DNA from: Euglena gracilis
Lineage: Eukaryota
Direction of reading: 5' to 3'
DNA length: 64,000 nucleotides
Assembly: GCA_039621445.1 (NCBI GenBank)
Contig: CP154954.1
Coordinates: 2,232,001-2,296,000, forward strand
A program made the translations under genes and the position numbers. Numbering within the stretch: position 1 is the first letter of the stretch; each line of letters opens with the position of its first letter. Below are positions 48,301-60,500 of the stretch, piece after piece. The notes below the pieces were generated by a model. It was not told where the DNA came from. It did not search any database and worked only from the letters and a program-made list of their open reading frames with translations.

Positions 48301-49861
48301 AAGTGTGCTGCAGCGTATCCCTGTCACTCCCTACGTACCAGGGTCAGGCCTCAAGTCGTTGGGAGTGCCAGTCTGTCACCCAGAAGATCACACCTTTGCA
48401 GATCGAGTGTGGTTTGGACGGTGCGAGGCAGCCCTGAAAGCGTGTTCTCTTCTACAAAAGGTACCTTCTGCACACATCCAGTTCACAATTCTCAGAATGT
48501 GCTTGGATGCTTGCAAAGTGAACGATCTCTTGAGGACCACACCAATCACCGTGGCGACCGCCCAGTGCACGTTGCTCAGCAAAACCTTACGAAACACGAT
48601 GAGTGTCATCGTCGCACGGCCTCTAGAGGAAGATCAATGGAGCCAGGTCACACTTCCTGTCCGCCTCGGTGGATTGGGCATCCGAGATCCAAGCACCGAA
48701 CGTACCATCGCAAGGTGGGCTGCCACACTGGATTTCCTGGTTCGCGGTGAACGCATCCTGGACTTGCCACCACTCAACGGAGCGACCCCCTTGCCAACGG
48801 ATTTCGCGAAGCTAGTTGGGGCCATCAGCGCATCATGTGACCTCCCACCGGCTGTCAAGACATTCCTGGAAGATCCCCGAAGGCACGAGACACTTCCTCA
48901 CGATGTGATCCCCCAGAAATTCTGGGGCCAGCAGTGCGCAATGGCGCGCCAAAAATCATTGCACGACTCCCTCTCAGGAGTGGATAAACTGAAGCTAACT
49001 TGCCAAATGAAGCCCCACGCTATGGCGTGGGCATCCGTGATGCCCTCTGCTGCGATGAAAACCCTCATCCCAACCAGGGAATTCCAGGCCCTGATCCAGT
49101 GGTCCGTTGGCGCACCTGTGGTTACTCCCGGTGATGGATTGCCTGGCTGCCCGCGATGCCACAACCCCCTTGATGTAAGAGGCCACCACCTCGTCTGTTG
49201 CCACCGAAATAACATTGTGAGGCGACACGGGGCGGTGCAGTCTTATCTCTTGGGCCTGGCCCAAAGAGCGGGATTCCCGGCCAGAAGAGAAGAAAGTGCC
49301 CCGGATGGTTCTCGTCCAGGAGACGTGTTTGTGATGCGATATGACGCCAATGGCCCAGCAGCCATCGATGTGACTGTCCGCCACCCCCTTGCCCCATCCC
49401 GTGTGCGACCTGGGACGGAAGACCTTGGGAAATGGCACGAGTCACAGGAGGCTGATAAAATCAAGAAATATGGCGATGGTTGCAAACGGAGGGGATGGAC
49501 GTTCATTCCCTTCGTTCTTGATTGCTACGGAGGCATGGGAGATTCAGCTCTCAGCTTCGTTGGCCAGTGCGTACGTTTGCTGGTGGGACAGCACGACTCA
49601 TGGGAAAGGAGGGCTGCAGAGGCAAACTGCTGGCAGGGCCTCAGCATGGCCCTGGCCAGGGAGCTAGCGAAGCAGCTGGCTTGGGGTCAATGCGCGGAAC
49701 AAGTGACTGATGGGGGTGGAAGCAGCGCACACCACCCGTACACTCTAGAAACGCCCTCGGTGCTGAAAACGCACCTGCTGCAGAAAAATTGCTGCCGCTC
49801 CGGCGGCATTAACGTTTCTGAGTTCATGGCCAAGCCTCACTGGACACAAGGCATCGGCTGA
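45350..49861 (+). CDS. Leader-2A-reverse transcriptase-zinc knuckle-RLE endonuclease polyprotein (1503 aa open; first in-frame ATG at 45650)
   Basis: GRGDDILTSGDVEANPGP (core 46451-46477); LQLDFSNAFN, GVQQGDPCGP, WYLDDA, CPRC..GHHLVCC, RPGDVF..AAIDVT. Confidence 0.95.
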   Translation: MARKSPLQTPKETKFTINNCQIDLIAAVSAVHLIWSQPSWWRARSTDCRVRFSHPAAAHRLKPWEIQPQEKQGEIQPPSISTSTSATQALGDPAPGELFTMEPKELKQNAAEVEPIMAPTAAAAGTATTTTTCPIMLNILIINVVLAHVFCISQIQIHMVEGKNMQRASNSQQHLSAMNLQQGETQPPSTTDPTHYISVPGPGTSCAPSSPPEESFPVCPGELAQEFSPVVPAQGFSPSATAREPNPGVPAQHSTPLLPTGGATPEGSTQNFSPGGSTQQKVSETFGLQCQCYNPAGLDFKTFQLKLSAFLLRISSSHTVVFKVVLAHTASCHVPGAKKPYLFSALRNSLAVSYHCRSGRGDDILTSGDVEANPGPTPPADPLTGSMDIDLTTDPTRAVGFLLATTQVPPSALGPVEETSTQDARDLQQLLQALLSRPPPEAALPSIDSRTTTRGPSALQDDQDMGMDFIPGMKCGAPLTSPCPDLYPPWTEISLDSRGTVSNIPKGALPAVSDAYSMILRAFNDKPTWETLHALWAFPKAVLAPLGKGGRGHWARLGRVIRGRAEAFLRRAVAESWKDSIRLPQLSQTIRTRGQARREEEVQEEGFVRRLEHLVGKGAVGKACQFLLSDGVQDNKDPIVRQRLKDLHPSEEPPGRGPPDKRKGVPPPSDEDERRDRLSLVRKAVFSFGKESAAGPSGLKPDHLKDMLSKEAGGQALLEGLTTFVYRCINEGWPAGAAEILTSARLTALRKVKPSTTVDNAGNLIRTSLDPAQEGTRPIASGECLRRLVGKVLMRQPAVRKFTLEGLPGQFGVGCPDAYGLIGMGLQHVVTTLHQGGSRDWGILQLDFSNAFNCIRREALLEASRERCPEMVTWLETCYAEHSSLFLSDACLRSETGVQQGDPCGPAAFSLAIQSLVEEIHAVCGWQAWYLDDAHVVGNLRQLEAVVHLVLEKGPLIGVALNAEKCTLWGPAFNPDWASLPPGTSVLQRIPVTPYVPGSGLKSLGVPVCHPEDHTFADRVWFGRCEAALKACSLLQKVPSAHIQFTILRMCLDACKVNDLLRTTPITVATAQCTLLSKTLRNTMSVIVARPLEEDQWSQVTLPVRLGGLGIRDPSTERTIARWAATLDFLVRGERILDLPPLNGATPLPTDFAKLVGAISASCDLPPAVKTFLEDPRRHETLPHDVIPQKFWGQQCAMARQKSLHDSLSGVDKLKLTCQMKPHAMAWASVMPSAAMKTLIPTREFQALIQWSVGAPVVTPGDGLPGCPRCHNPLDVRGHHLVCCHRNNIVRRHGAVQSYLLGLAQRAGFPARREESAPDGSRPGDVFVMRYDANGPAAIDVTVRHPLAPSRVRPGTEDLGKWHESQEADKIKKYGDGCKRRGWTFIPFVLDCYGGMGDSALSFVGQCVRLLVGQHDSWERRAAEANCWQGLSMALARELAKQLAWGQCAEQVTDGGGSSAHHPYTLETPSVLKTHLLQKNCCRSGGINVSEFMAKPHWTQGIG

Positions 49862-50824
49862 CTTCAACGGCGCTGCTTCGCTGTTCCTACGACCCGCCTC
49901 CTTCCCACATAGCTTCGTGCACCTGTCCGGCACGGTTTCTCGTCGCATCATTTGAGTCTGACACGTGTTGGTGGACCTCGTGACTCAAGCCCTGCACCCG
50001 GAGCAACAATGCCACCCCACCCCGCCTGCTCCCTGCCACCTCACCCCTCGGGCCCTGGCCCCCACATGGCCGATTCTGGGTTCACCTGACCGCCTTACCC
50101 CTGAGACTGTCGCTTCTGTACATAGCCTTACCCCCTGAACACGTCAAATCCAGTAGGCAGTGCCACTGGTCGGTGGACTCGGTTCGCCCCACCACCGTTT
50201 AGTGTCCATTTTTCTCTCATGAACATGTCGGACAAGTGGGCGGGTGGCCCGGAAACGCTCATTGCAGGTCCTCAAGGAGACGGAGGTTCAATTCAATTGT
50301 TGCCACAAATGTTTGTTGCAATTATTGTTCACTGGGATGATGTACAGAAGGCATCTGGAGGATTGAAAGAGTGGCAGTGGAGTTCAACTTCATGAACAGT
50401 TCGACCTTGTGTTATCTGACGTTATTGGGAAAGCCATTGGCTTCATACTTTGTGGACAGCCTGCTGCAGATGCGAAAGAAAGTGTACCGGTGAAGACTTT
50501 GTGTTGGATTTGTATTGCCAAGCTCCCCATGACAAAGGTTTGCCAAACAATTCTGTCAGAGAATTTTCATTTTTCTCTGCTTCAGGTCTCACAGTTGTTG
50601 AATTATATGCTTGGGAATGAGATCATTGGAGGACATGATGATGAGCCATTGGAATTGATAATCTGGACCTGAGCATGTCCCTGCAAAACTGCTCCATTTT
50701 GTTTTTATTGCAGCCATCCGAAACAATGCGTGTATTTTCTGATTCTGCTGTGATTGTTGTGACTAGGATCTTAAATTGTCTGTCCAAAATGGTAATCTGG
50801 TGCGCTGTGATTTTGTTGTTTTGG

Positions 50825-51500
50825 TGGCCAATTTTGGGCCACAGGTGGTGGCCAGCATAGGTGCTGGCCAGTTTTGGGCCACAAAAGGTGGAGCCAGTTT
50901 TTGGCCACGGGTGCTGGCTAGTTTTTGGCCACAGGTGCTGGTCAGTTTTTGGCCACAGGTGCTGGCCAGTTTTGGGCCACAGGTGCTGGCCAATTTTGGG
51001 CCACAGGTGGTGGCCAGTTTTGGGCCACAGTGGCCAGTTTTTGGCCACAGGTGCTGGCCAGTTTTGGGCCACAGGTGGTGGTGGCCAGTTTTGGGCCACA
51101 GGTGGTGGCCAGTTTTTTTTGGGCCACAGGTGCTGGCCAGTTTTTGGCCACAGGTGCTGGCCAGTTTTTGGCCACAGGTGCTGGCCAATTTTGGGCCACA
51201 GGTGGTGGCCAGTTTTGGGCCACAGGTGCTGGCCAGTTTTTGGCCACAGGAGCTGGCCAGTTTTTGGCCACAGGTGCTGGCCAATTTTGGGCCACAGGTG
51301 GTGGCCAGTTTTGGGCCACAGGTGCTGGCCAGTTTTTGGCCACAGGTGCTGGCCAGTTTTTGGCCACAGGTGCTGGCCAGTTTTGGGCCACAGGTGGTGG
51401 CCAGTTTTGGGCCACAGGTGGTGGCCAGTTTTTGGCCACACGTCCTGGTCAGTTTTTGACCACAGGTGGTGGTCAGTTTTTTGGCCATGAGTGCTGGCAA
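50825..51500. repeat. 24-bp minisatellite, longest array
   Basis: (TGGCCAGTTTTGGGCCACAGGTGC)n. Confidence 0.95.
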
Positions 51501-51694
51501 ACTTAAACATAGATTCGTCTCAGACACGGCTGATGAACGCAAATCTTCTTTACATTCAATAGGGACAACGAAGGAAATACGTGTTCCATACTAAGGACGA
51601 GTGAAATTTTTGAAAAAATGCGTGAAATTTTCAACGGCCGGCCATAAATTTCACGATGGAAAATTTTCACGAGCGGATTGAATGCCCAGTCTTG

Positions 51695-54600
51695 TGATGG
51701 ATTGCCCGAATTTCTGTCCGGTCTACAGACACGACTGGGTGACGCCTTTGAACCAGTGCGGAAATGGATCGGGGAGAGTTCCTTAAGTCCCGAGGACACT
51801 TCCCACCATGACCAAGCTTGGTGGAGTGAACAGCTCCGCCAGGCCGCACGTCTGGCATTCCTGTCTGCCCTAAATGACCGGGACCGTGTCCGCTTTGAGC
51901 ATCAAAGTAATTCTATCTGCTCAAGCTGGATCGGTGCCCGCCCATCCAAGGCTGCAGGGTTTGCCGTCGACGGCGCGTCTTTCCGCCTCATGATGAAGAC
52001 TGCCTATCATCCCCCTCAGCCTGGCCGGTTCCCCCTGCCCCCTCGGCTGCGGGTCGTTGATCCTTTTGGGGACCACGCTCTGTGCTGCCACAAGAATAAA
52101 TTGTGGGAACGCCACCACAGAGTACAGCACTTCCTTTGGTCCCAGCTACAGGCACGGGGTACTCCGCACGCCTTGGAAATCTCGGTGGCCGCCGATCAAA
52201 AGAGGGACGCGGACATCTTCCTTCCCCATTGGTCCGGCGCTGCGTCCTGGGCCATCGATGTGGGCATCAACCACCCCTCTCCGCCCAGTGCCAGTTGGAG
52301 CCTCCCCGCCTCGTGGGAATTACTTCGCAGCAGAGCACTTAGGAAGACTACCAAATACGGAGGCCGCTGCCAAACCCGAGGTGCGCGATTCTCCCCCATG
52401 ATCCTTAGTGTATGGGGTTCCTTCGGGGGAGAGAGCCAACGTGTACCGGGGGTAGCCAAAAGTCGTCTGGCATTAAAGGCCGACCGGCTTTTACCCGTGC
52501 GGTTTTATGTTGCCCCCTTGCCCTCCACCCGTCGGGCTTAATCCCGCCCCCCTCCCCGGAGGGGTACGACCGGTTTTATTCCGACCCTGCTATACTCCGC
52601 ACCCAGCCCTTGCGGTAAAAAAGTGAATCAGTGAAAGTGAGTCGAGGCACGCAAGTGCTCACCGTTCACCGAGGCCGTGGGCCGGGCTTTACCGACGCCT
52701 CTCGCGGTCTCCCCCGCCAGGCGACTAAAATTTTCGACTCACGGGGGCTGAAGATCAAGATTTTCGGACCCGGGGGGGGGGGCTGAAAATCAAAATTTTC
52801 AGTCCCACAGGGGGGGGGGGGGCTGAAAATTGAGATTTCAACTCTCACGGGGGGGCTCAAAAAATTTTGAGTCTCGGGGGGGGGGGGCTGAAAATTAAAA
52901 TTGTCAGTCTCACGGGGGGGGTGAAAATTGAAAATTTCAGTCCCACGGGGGGGGGGTGAAAATTTAAATTATCAGTGTCACGGGGGGGGGCAGAAAATTA
53001 AATTCTTCAGTCTCACAGGGGGGGGGGGGCAGAAAATTGAAATTTTCAGTCTCAAAAAAAATGAAAAAATAAAAGCACGGGGGGGGGGGAGGGCTGAAAA
53101 TTACCTGTGGGACAAAAAAAGGCACCGCTGGCACCAAACCGATTCCAAGAAGTGGCACAAAACTGGCCAAAATATGTGGCCCCAAAACTGGCCCCTGATG
53201 CAGCACCAAACTGGCCCCAAAATGTGGCCCCCTCAGATGTGGTACCAAACTGGTGCAAAAATGCGGCTCAAAAACTAGCCCCAAGATGTGGCACGAAACT
53301 GGCCAAAGATGTGGTTCCAAACTGGCCCCAAAACTGACCACAAGATGTGAATGTGAATCAAAAAAACTGTAAAGCAAATCACCAGATCACCATTACTGCA
53401 AACAAAATGGACAGACAAACAAAAACCTTCGAGTTTCAAGGCACAGCAACAGGAATCAGAAAACATAAACGACGGCCATTCCCAAGAAAAGGGAGCAGCC
53501 CGTTCTCCACTTCACCGCTCTTCTCTCTGCACATCGCACATCACATGCATCTATTTGGGGCAGTTTTGGGCGACTTTGGCCCAAATGGGCCGCCGGTCAA
53601 AAATGGTAGATTCCACACTTACCCCCCCCCCTTATTGTCCCACCGACCTCCCCCCGGGAGGCCCGACCGGACAAGATGGGGGGGACAATATGGGGGTACC
53701 AAAGGAATTTCATTGGCCGAGCCAAAAAAAACCCCCCGTCGGCCGGGGCCGAGGGACAATATTGGGGGGGGGGGGGTATGAAGCCATGTTACCCATCAGT
53801 TGAAAGCTCTTGTCAATGGCTTTCGACAGATGGCCACGGGATTCGGCCATTATGCACGCAGCTGAAAATTAGCGATCGTGCATTCCAAATTTGACCACTA
53901 TGCCCAGCATAGCCAAGAAAAAAGCATTTTTTTTGGGCAAAAATGGCCCAAAAAATGGCCAAAAATGGCCACTTTTTGGACCCGAAAAAGGGCCGTGTGC
54001 CGCCCGCCGGCCGCCCTCGGCGCCCCCTCCCCCCTTACCCCCCCGCCCCCCCCGCCGGCCGCCCCCCCCCCCCCCCGCCCCCCCCACCGTTTCTCCTTTG
54101 GTCATACCTGGAGAGGGTGAAATTAGGATTAGTCGGTTAAGTCAAGTCAGTTGAAAGGGGACACTCTCAATTGGGCAGATGAAAAAAATGATAATGTTTT
54201 TTTATCAAATTGAATGAAATTTTATCAAATTTTCACAAGCGTCAAACATTGAATAAGATCGGCACTTCGGCTCCCGTTTTTGGCCCGAAAGCCATCTGAG
54301 CACCGTCGGACGGCTGGCCGGCTGGCCGGAGGGGGGTCTTATATGGGGGTTCTTAAATGGGGGGGGGACCCCTGCGACGAGGAGTCAAACTTGAAATCCA
54401 ACAAGAGACGGTGGTGGGGCGAACCGAATCCACCGACCAGTGGCACAGCCTACTGGATTTGAGTGTTCAGGGGGGAGGGAGGCTATGTACAGATGGGGGA
54501 ACCCCATGGATAGTGAGAGGGGTTAAGCAGAGGCTGAAGGGACTTTAGTGGCCGAGGTTCCGGGACGGGAAGGTGATGTGGACCCTTAATGTTGTGGGTC

Positions 54601-54801
54601 GTGGGGGCAGGGATGGGTTGGCCAAGGGCCAGGTCATAGTAGGTGGGTTTTCCTCGTCTTGTCGACGCGACGAGGAGTGGGGAGAGTCCTACTAGGATCG
54701 CATTTAGGATTTGCGTACTAAGGGTGTTTCCTAACTTTCATGAACGAGCCCCACACACACACACAAGCACACACAAGCCCACAGACACCCACCCACCCAC
54801 C

Positions 54802-54847
<46 letters not shown>

Positions 54848-55281
54848 GACAAAAGGGCCCACGCCCCTCAGGGCAAGGCCAGCGAGAAGCGAAGTGAAAC
54901 CAAAGAGTGACTGGCGGGTGCAACGGCTCGCGGTGACCCGTCCCGACGGCAAAGAACAGCACGCCGACACGGGCGACGCGCTCGCACGGGCGACGCACGG
55001 GCACGACACGCGCGAGACATGTGCGAGCCGTGCCGAGCCGTGCCGAGCCGTGCCGAGCCGTGCCGAGCTGTGCCGAGCCGTGCCGAGCCGTGCCGAGCCG
55101 TGCCGAGCCGTGCCGAGCCGTGCCGAGCCGAGCCGTGCCTAAAAATTTTTTTTTCATGAACGGAAAATGAAAGGAAAGGTCTCACAGATTTTATCTTTCT
55201 TTCATAGCATTTTTCACGAACTGCACCACCCTAGTCCGATTTTCCTCTATTTGGCTTAAAAAGGGGCGGCGTTATCGGAAA
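51695..55281. repeat. Segmental duplication copy 2 (includes RLE fragment 51695-52541 and the empty insertion site)
   Basis: Equals 12750-15722 joined directly to 22353-22906. Confidence 0.95.
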
Positions 55282-57544
55282 TTTGTATTTTTGTCTTCGA
55301 ACCAATTTGTTTTTTTTCCATTTTGCATTTTTTCAGTTCCTTTGCTTTTTTGGGAAAATAATGCCCATTGTGCTCTTCTTTACACAGGTTCTGCTTTATC
55401 CCCAAAAAGTTGTTTCTTTTTCATGTCAAACATATGGGTCTTACTATTTCTACTTGTATGTTGTGTTTTTGAAAATCTTGGACCCATCTGCTCTTTATCT
55501 TTGAAGGGATATGTCCTCCCCACATTCGAGGTGAAGATGAATTTGCAAGGGAGCAGTGACTGCTCCACCAAGCGACCACTCTGCCTTGACCCTCAGCTGA
55601 CTGTCGCAACTGGCTGGGGTGTTGGTCTCGGTAACGAGACCGGCGTTCCCCTAAATAATCAAGGTGTGTTCCTTTTGTTTTGTCAGGGCTGCAATGCTCT
55701 CCAAGATGGAAACAGGCAGGGCATTGCTCAAGGAAATTTGCCCCCTGGGATGGGGGTCCAGCCACCAACAGCTTTTTCCCCTCCTGCTCCCCCCCCCTCA
55801 AAGAGTTTTACTTATTTTCCAGCTGCCCTTCTGGGGGCTGGATGGCAACGGATTTTTGTTTTGGGGTGCAAAAATGGGTGATCTATTTTCTTTTGCATTA
55901 TTGGCATTTTTTTGGGAGCATTTTTTACAATTTTTTTTGGCAGCCGGTTCGATACCGGGTCGGGTCGAGGTCCAGTCCGGGACCCCTGTGGGGGGGGAGG
56001 CCGACATCCTTTTTCCAGCCAGCCAAAATTTATTTACCAGCTTTTGAACTGGACCCCCCCCCCTGAGAGGGGTTCCTTGAGCAACGCCCTGGACTAGAGT
56101 GTCTGGGGGTGGGGGTTGTCTGGGCACGATGGCATTTTGACAAAAGGTGTTGGAAGTGTCAAGGCCAGAATGCGGATTTTTTTCAATTCAAGACAACTTC
56201 CCAACAAACGTTGAAAAGTCGCTAACCATGCCTCCCTCCCCCATAAATGCCCAGGTTTTGAATAGTTCTGAGTTCTCGATGGCCCATTGTTGGGTCAAAA
56301 AATCGATGTTTCCAAAGTATCTCGGAAATGAAGCAAAATCAAAGGATATGTCCGGAGACCTAAATTGAAACTCTTAAAATGCCCCATCTCATTATTTTGA
56401 TTTCCACACAACTCCCCGCCCAGCCCAAAATATGGCCGATTTACAGTCCAGAACAGCGCAGCAGGCTTGCGATTTGGCGGTTTTCGGCCCTTTTTGGGGT
56501 AAAAAAAAATCAACCTTTTTAAAATTTCTCAAATAATGGTGGGAGGCGGGCTGGCCCTCGCTATCCCTGGGCTGTCTTTCTTACTGCAGGTGTGGCCCTG
56601 GGGATGGTGGTTGGTGGTTTTCAGGACTTGGGCTGGTTGGCGGGGAGCACTCATCCCCTTGGGGGGCGGGGGCTTGCGAGGACCCACTTTTGGGGAGAAC
56701 AACTTTGAGGTGCAAAAACTTTTGGCGCTTCACGCCAAAAACAAAAAGGAAAACGTCCCGCTCCGGAGGTCGTACACTCAGCCCAACAGCCATCCTCAAG
56801 GGGAGGCTCGGATTAAAAGAAAACCTCTGGCAGTGGTCCGGGACTCCCAACTGCCGACCTCGGGACTCAGTGTCCCCTCAAATCCCTGAGTGACCGTCGG
56901 ACCATCGTTGCGGACCGACCGCCTGGACAGGAGGTGACCCACAGCACAGGGTGATTCACCGCAGGTTGGAGGAAGGCGGGCGTCGGCCCACAGGCAGACC
57001 TCTGGGAGTCAGTCACTTCGAAATCGCCTGTCCCTCGGTGGCATGGCAGTCGTGGCGGGGTCTTGTTTCTCAAGAGAGGTTGTATTGGAGGATTAAATAC
57101 TGGGGCTGGAGGGAACCCCCCCACAAGGGGGGGAATGGAAGCGGTGACAATGACCCGGTCAGCAATGGTGGTATGGCAGGTTCCAACCCAAAACAAATGC
57201 AATGAAATCACATGTGGGGAAATGGTGTTCACCGGGCGCAGTGGTGTGCCTGCCGTGCCGCCACGCGCAGGGTTGGGCAACACAGCCGCCACTTGCTGCC
57301 CAACCTCCGCCAAGAGGGCCGTAACCCGCCGCGGGTCCGTCCGCAGGAGGTCACTGACCTGGGTGACGACGTCGTCCAGCCCTGGCACCATGGCTGCGCA
57401 GGAGTGACCAAAGGGGTGGCGGTGGGATGCACAAGACCTGTAGTTTCAGAATCCATGTCAAAACGCCACCTGTAACACTATGAAGGAGAATCTGCGATGA
57501 ACACACACACACACACACACAGCAGCAAAATGTGTGTGTGTGTT

Positions 57545-57575
<31 letters not shown>

Positions 57576-60500
57576 CTGTAAACTGTTCGCATCAAAGCGC
57601 ATGAGTGCTTTTGCACATGAGTGTATCGTATTGTGTGTATACACAAATGTTGGGCACCTGAATGTTTGCAGTTGTGAAATTATGAGAGTCTGCGGGTGTC
57701 CCTGCGGCTGTCTGTTTGTGTGTACGGCGTGATCTGTGGGTTGCACCGGTGAAGCCCCGGGCAGGGTGGCCCACAGGGAGTCGAAGTCCACCGCCGCCAG
57801 GAATTCCGCGGACAGTCCGCCGGAGGGCAGCAGCGCCTGCAACTGGGCGGCGACCTGGGCAGGCTTCTTCTTAGGACCGTGGGGGGGGGAATTAAAGGAA
57901 ATGCCCGACCTAAATTGAAGCCCTTGAAATGCTGTATCTAAGGGTATTTTGATTTCCCCGCAACTCCCCGCCTGGCCCGAGTTACGGCCATTTTTCAACC
58001 AATTTTGGCATATTGTACAGTTTTGGTTTGTTTTGGCTTGGCCATTTTAGGCCATTTCTGGTTTAAAAAAAGGCGGAAAAAAAACCAACGAAAATCAAAT
58101 AAATAATTGGCCACAACGATGTTTTTTGGCCTCCCGGACCCAGAAAAGCTTTTTTCGAGCCGAAAATGAGCGTTTTTCGAGAATTTTGAACCCCCCCCCC
58201 CCCAACGCCGGTTTTTGGCCCGAAACCCGGCCGAAAAGCTGGCATTGCAAATGTCGCATGATTTATGATTTACAAAATACACTCCAATTTACCCTCACCC
58301 CCCCCCTATTTGGCTAATGGCCAGGCTCCTTCGGACCCCCAATTAGCCAATTAGAGGGGGGGGGGACAATTAGGGGGGGGTTACCCCGGCCAATGGCCAA
58401 TAAGCTTGACCCCCCTACCCCCCTAAATGACCCCCCCCCCCCCTAGATGACCCCCTGGGGGTCATCTAGGGGGGGGGGTCATAGAGCAGAGCAATTTTTC
58501 AAGTGGGAAAAGTATCCCCCCCTTAATAACCCCCCCCCCCCAGATGACCCTTTGGGGGGTCCTGATGCAAAATTGATTGGGTCATTTAGGGGGGGGGGTG
58601 GTAATTGGCTAATGGACCGTCCAACGGGACCCCCAATTGGCCAATTAGGGGGGGGGGGCAATTAGGGGGGGGGGTGAGGGAACATTACTTGCAGTAATTT
58701 TTGGGGGAGCACGCCGTCGGCCAGCCGTCGGCCAGCCGTCGGCCAGCCGTCGGACAGGAAAATGACCCAAGCCACAGCCTTGCAATGCAGAAACAATTTC
58801 GCCACCAATCTCCCTTCAAGGTCATGTTCATCGTTAGTGGAGGCTGCATTTTTTCCCATTTGAAGTCATTTTTCGTCAATTTTTGTCAATTTTGCCATTT
58901 TTGGACTTTTTTTTACCAATTTTGACCATTTCAGCCTTTTTTGGGGGATCATTCTACAGTGATTGTGAAGGGTTATTTGCCTACATTTTATTTGAATGAT
59001 TATAAAACGCTCAGCTGGTGTCCCACCTAATAATGGACGAAGGTACCTAATAATGGACAAAAAAGGCTCAAATATTGTGTGAAATGGTCTCAAATGACTC
59101 AAAATTTTACACAAAATTAGGCATTTGCCACTCAAAAATTAGGAATATACACACGAAATTAGGAATTTCCTCCTCAAAATTAGGAATTTGCCACTCAAAA
59201 TTCGGAACTGGCACGCCAAATTAGGCATTTGCTTCCCATATGAGATAGACAACCCGACCCGGCTTCCGTCACGCCGTCGGCCAGCCGTCGGCCAGCCGTC
59301 GGCCAGCCGTGTGCTCCCCCTTTGAAATGTTAAGAGCTCAGACCCCCCCACACCCCCCATACCCCCAATCCCCTTTCTTCGATTTTTTTTCGACTTTTTT
59401 TCCACCCAGAAATGACCCAAAATCCATGCGTCCATTAAGTGCAATTGGCTGAAAAATGGCCATAACTCGGGCTCCATGAAGAGTTGGAAGAAAGGTAAAC
59501 CATGGCTGGATAGGGTGTTCCAAGAGCGGGTGCCCGGACCTACTCAGGGGGGGGGCGGGGGGGGGGGGGGGGGGGGGGCGGGGCGGGGGGGGGGTCCGAC
59601 CCCCCCGTCGCCGGGGTGGTAAGCTTCGCTCTTACTCTAAAGAGATAAGAGCTCAGCGACCCCCCCATATAAGACCCCCCCAGGGTTCGATATAAAGACA
59701 GGTGGGGGGTGGTCCGGACCCCCTGCGGGCCAGGAGGGGGGGGGTGTGGGGGGGACCCCCCCCACCTAAACAGTGGCGCGGTCAGGGTGACCGAAAATTT
59801 TTGACCCCAAAAACGACCAAAAGTGCCATTTTGGGCACTTTTTGGGGAAAAATGTGCCAAAAATGCAAAAAATTACGGGGCGAAGCGCCGGAGGAAAAAA
59901 TTGACCCTTTTTGGGGGGTCCCGGGACCCCCCCCCCCCCGAGGGTTCATTTTTGCTGTGGACATTTTCTTTGACTTTGCGTCATTTCCAGATTTTTTCTT
60001 TTGGAAAAATCTATTTTTTTAGCAAAAAAAAACGGCCCAGAAAACACCCCAAAATGGCCGTTTTGGGCCACAAAAGCGTGCTGGAACACGGGCCAGGCGT
60101 GTCGGCGGCCAAAACGACGAACGGGGGGTGACAAAGGGCCTCCGGGGGCACATTTTGTCAGAATGAAATTTTCGGAAATAATCCACGTTTTCTCAAGATA
60201 TTTTCAAAAAATCGATTTTTTTGACCGAGTTTAGGACCCCGTCGAAATGGCAGAGTCTGATGAGGGGGGGGCGGGCCAATGGGGGGGAGGAAGGGGGGGG
60301 GGGGGGGCGGGGGGGGGCCGCGGGGGTGGGGGGGGGGGTGTGGGGGGGTGGGGTCCGAGGGCGGCCGCGCGGGCGGAACGCATCCTAAAATCGGTGATTT
60401 TCGGGTCCAAAAAGTGGTCATTTTTTGCCATTTTTGGGCCATTTTTGACCAAAAAAGTGCTCATTTGGCCGCGCGCAGAGCGCGCGGCCCCCAAATTTGC

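Larger units (their letters stand above)
44930..50197 (+). mobile_element. SL-headed CRE-like retrotransposon with intact ORF
   Basis: SL at 44930-44954; ORF 45350-49861; terminus at 50144-50197. Confidence 0.92.

Noticed and set aside
50825-51500. 24-bp repeats as a CRISPR array or repeat-protein gene
   Set aside because: No unique spacers and no cas genes; ORFs open in most frames are a by-product of the stop-free unit
57230-57880. Possible host exons on the minus strand (KKPAQVAAQLQALL..., MVPGLDDVVTQVSDLL...)
   Set aside because: Coding-like composition, but no recognisable domain or reliable splice model
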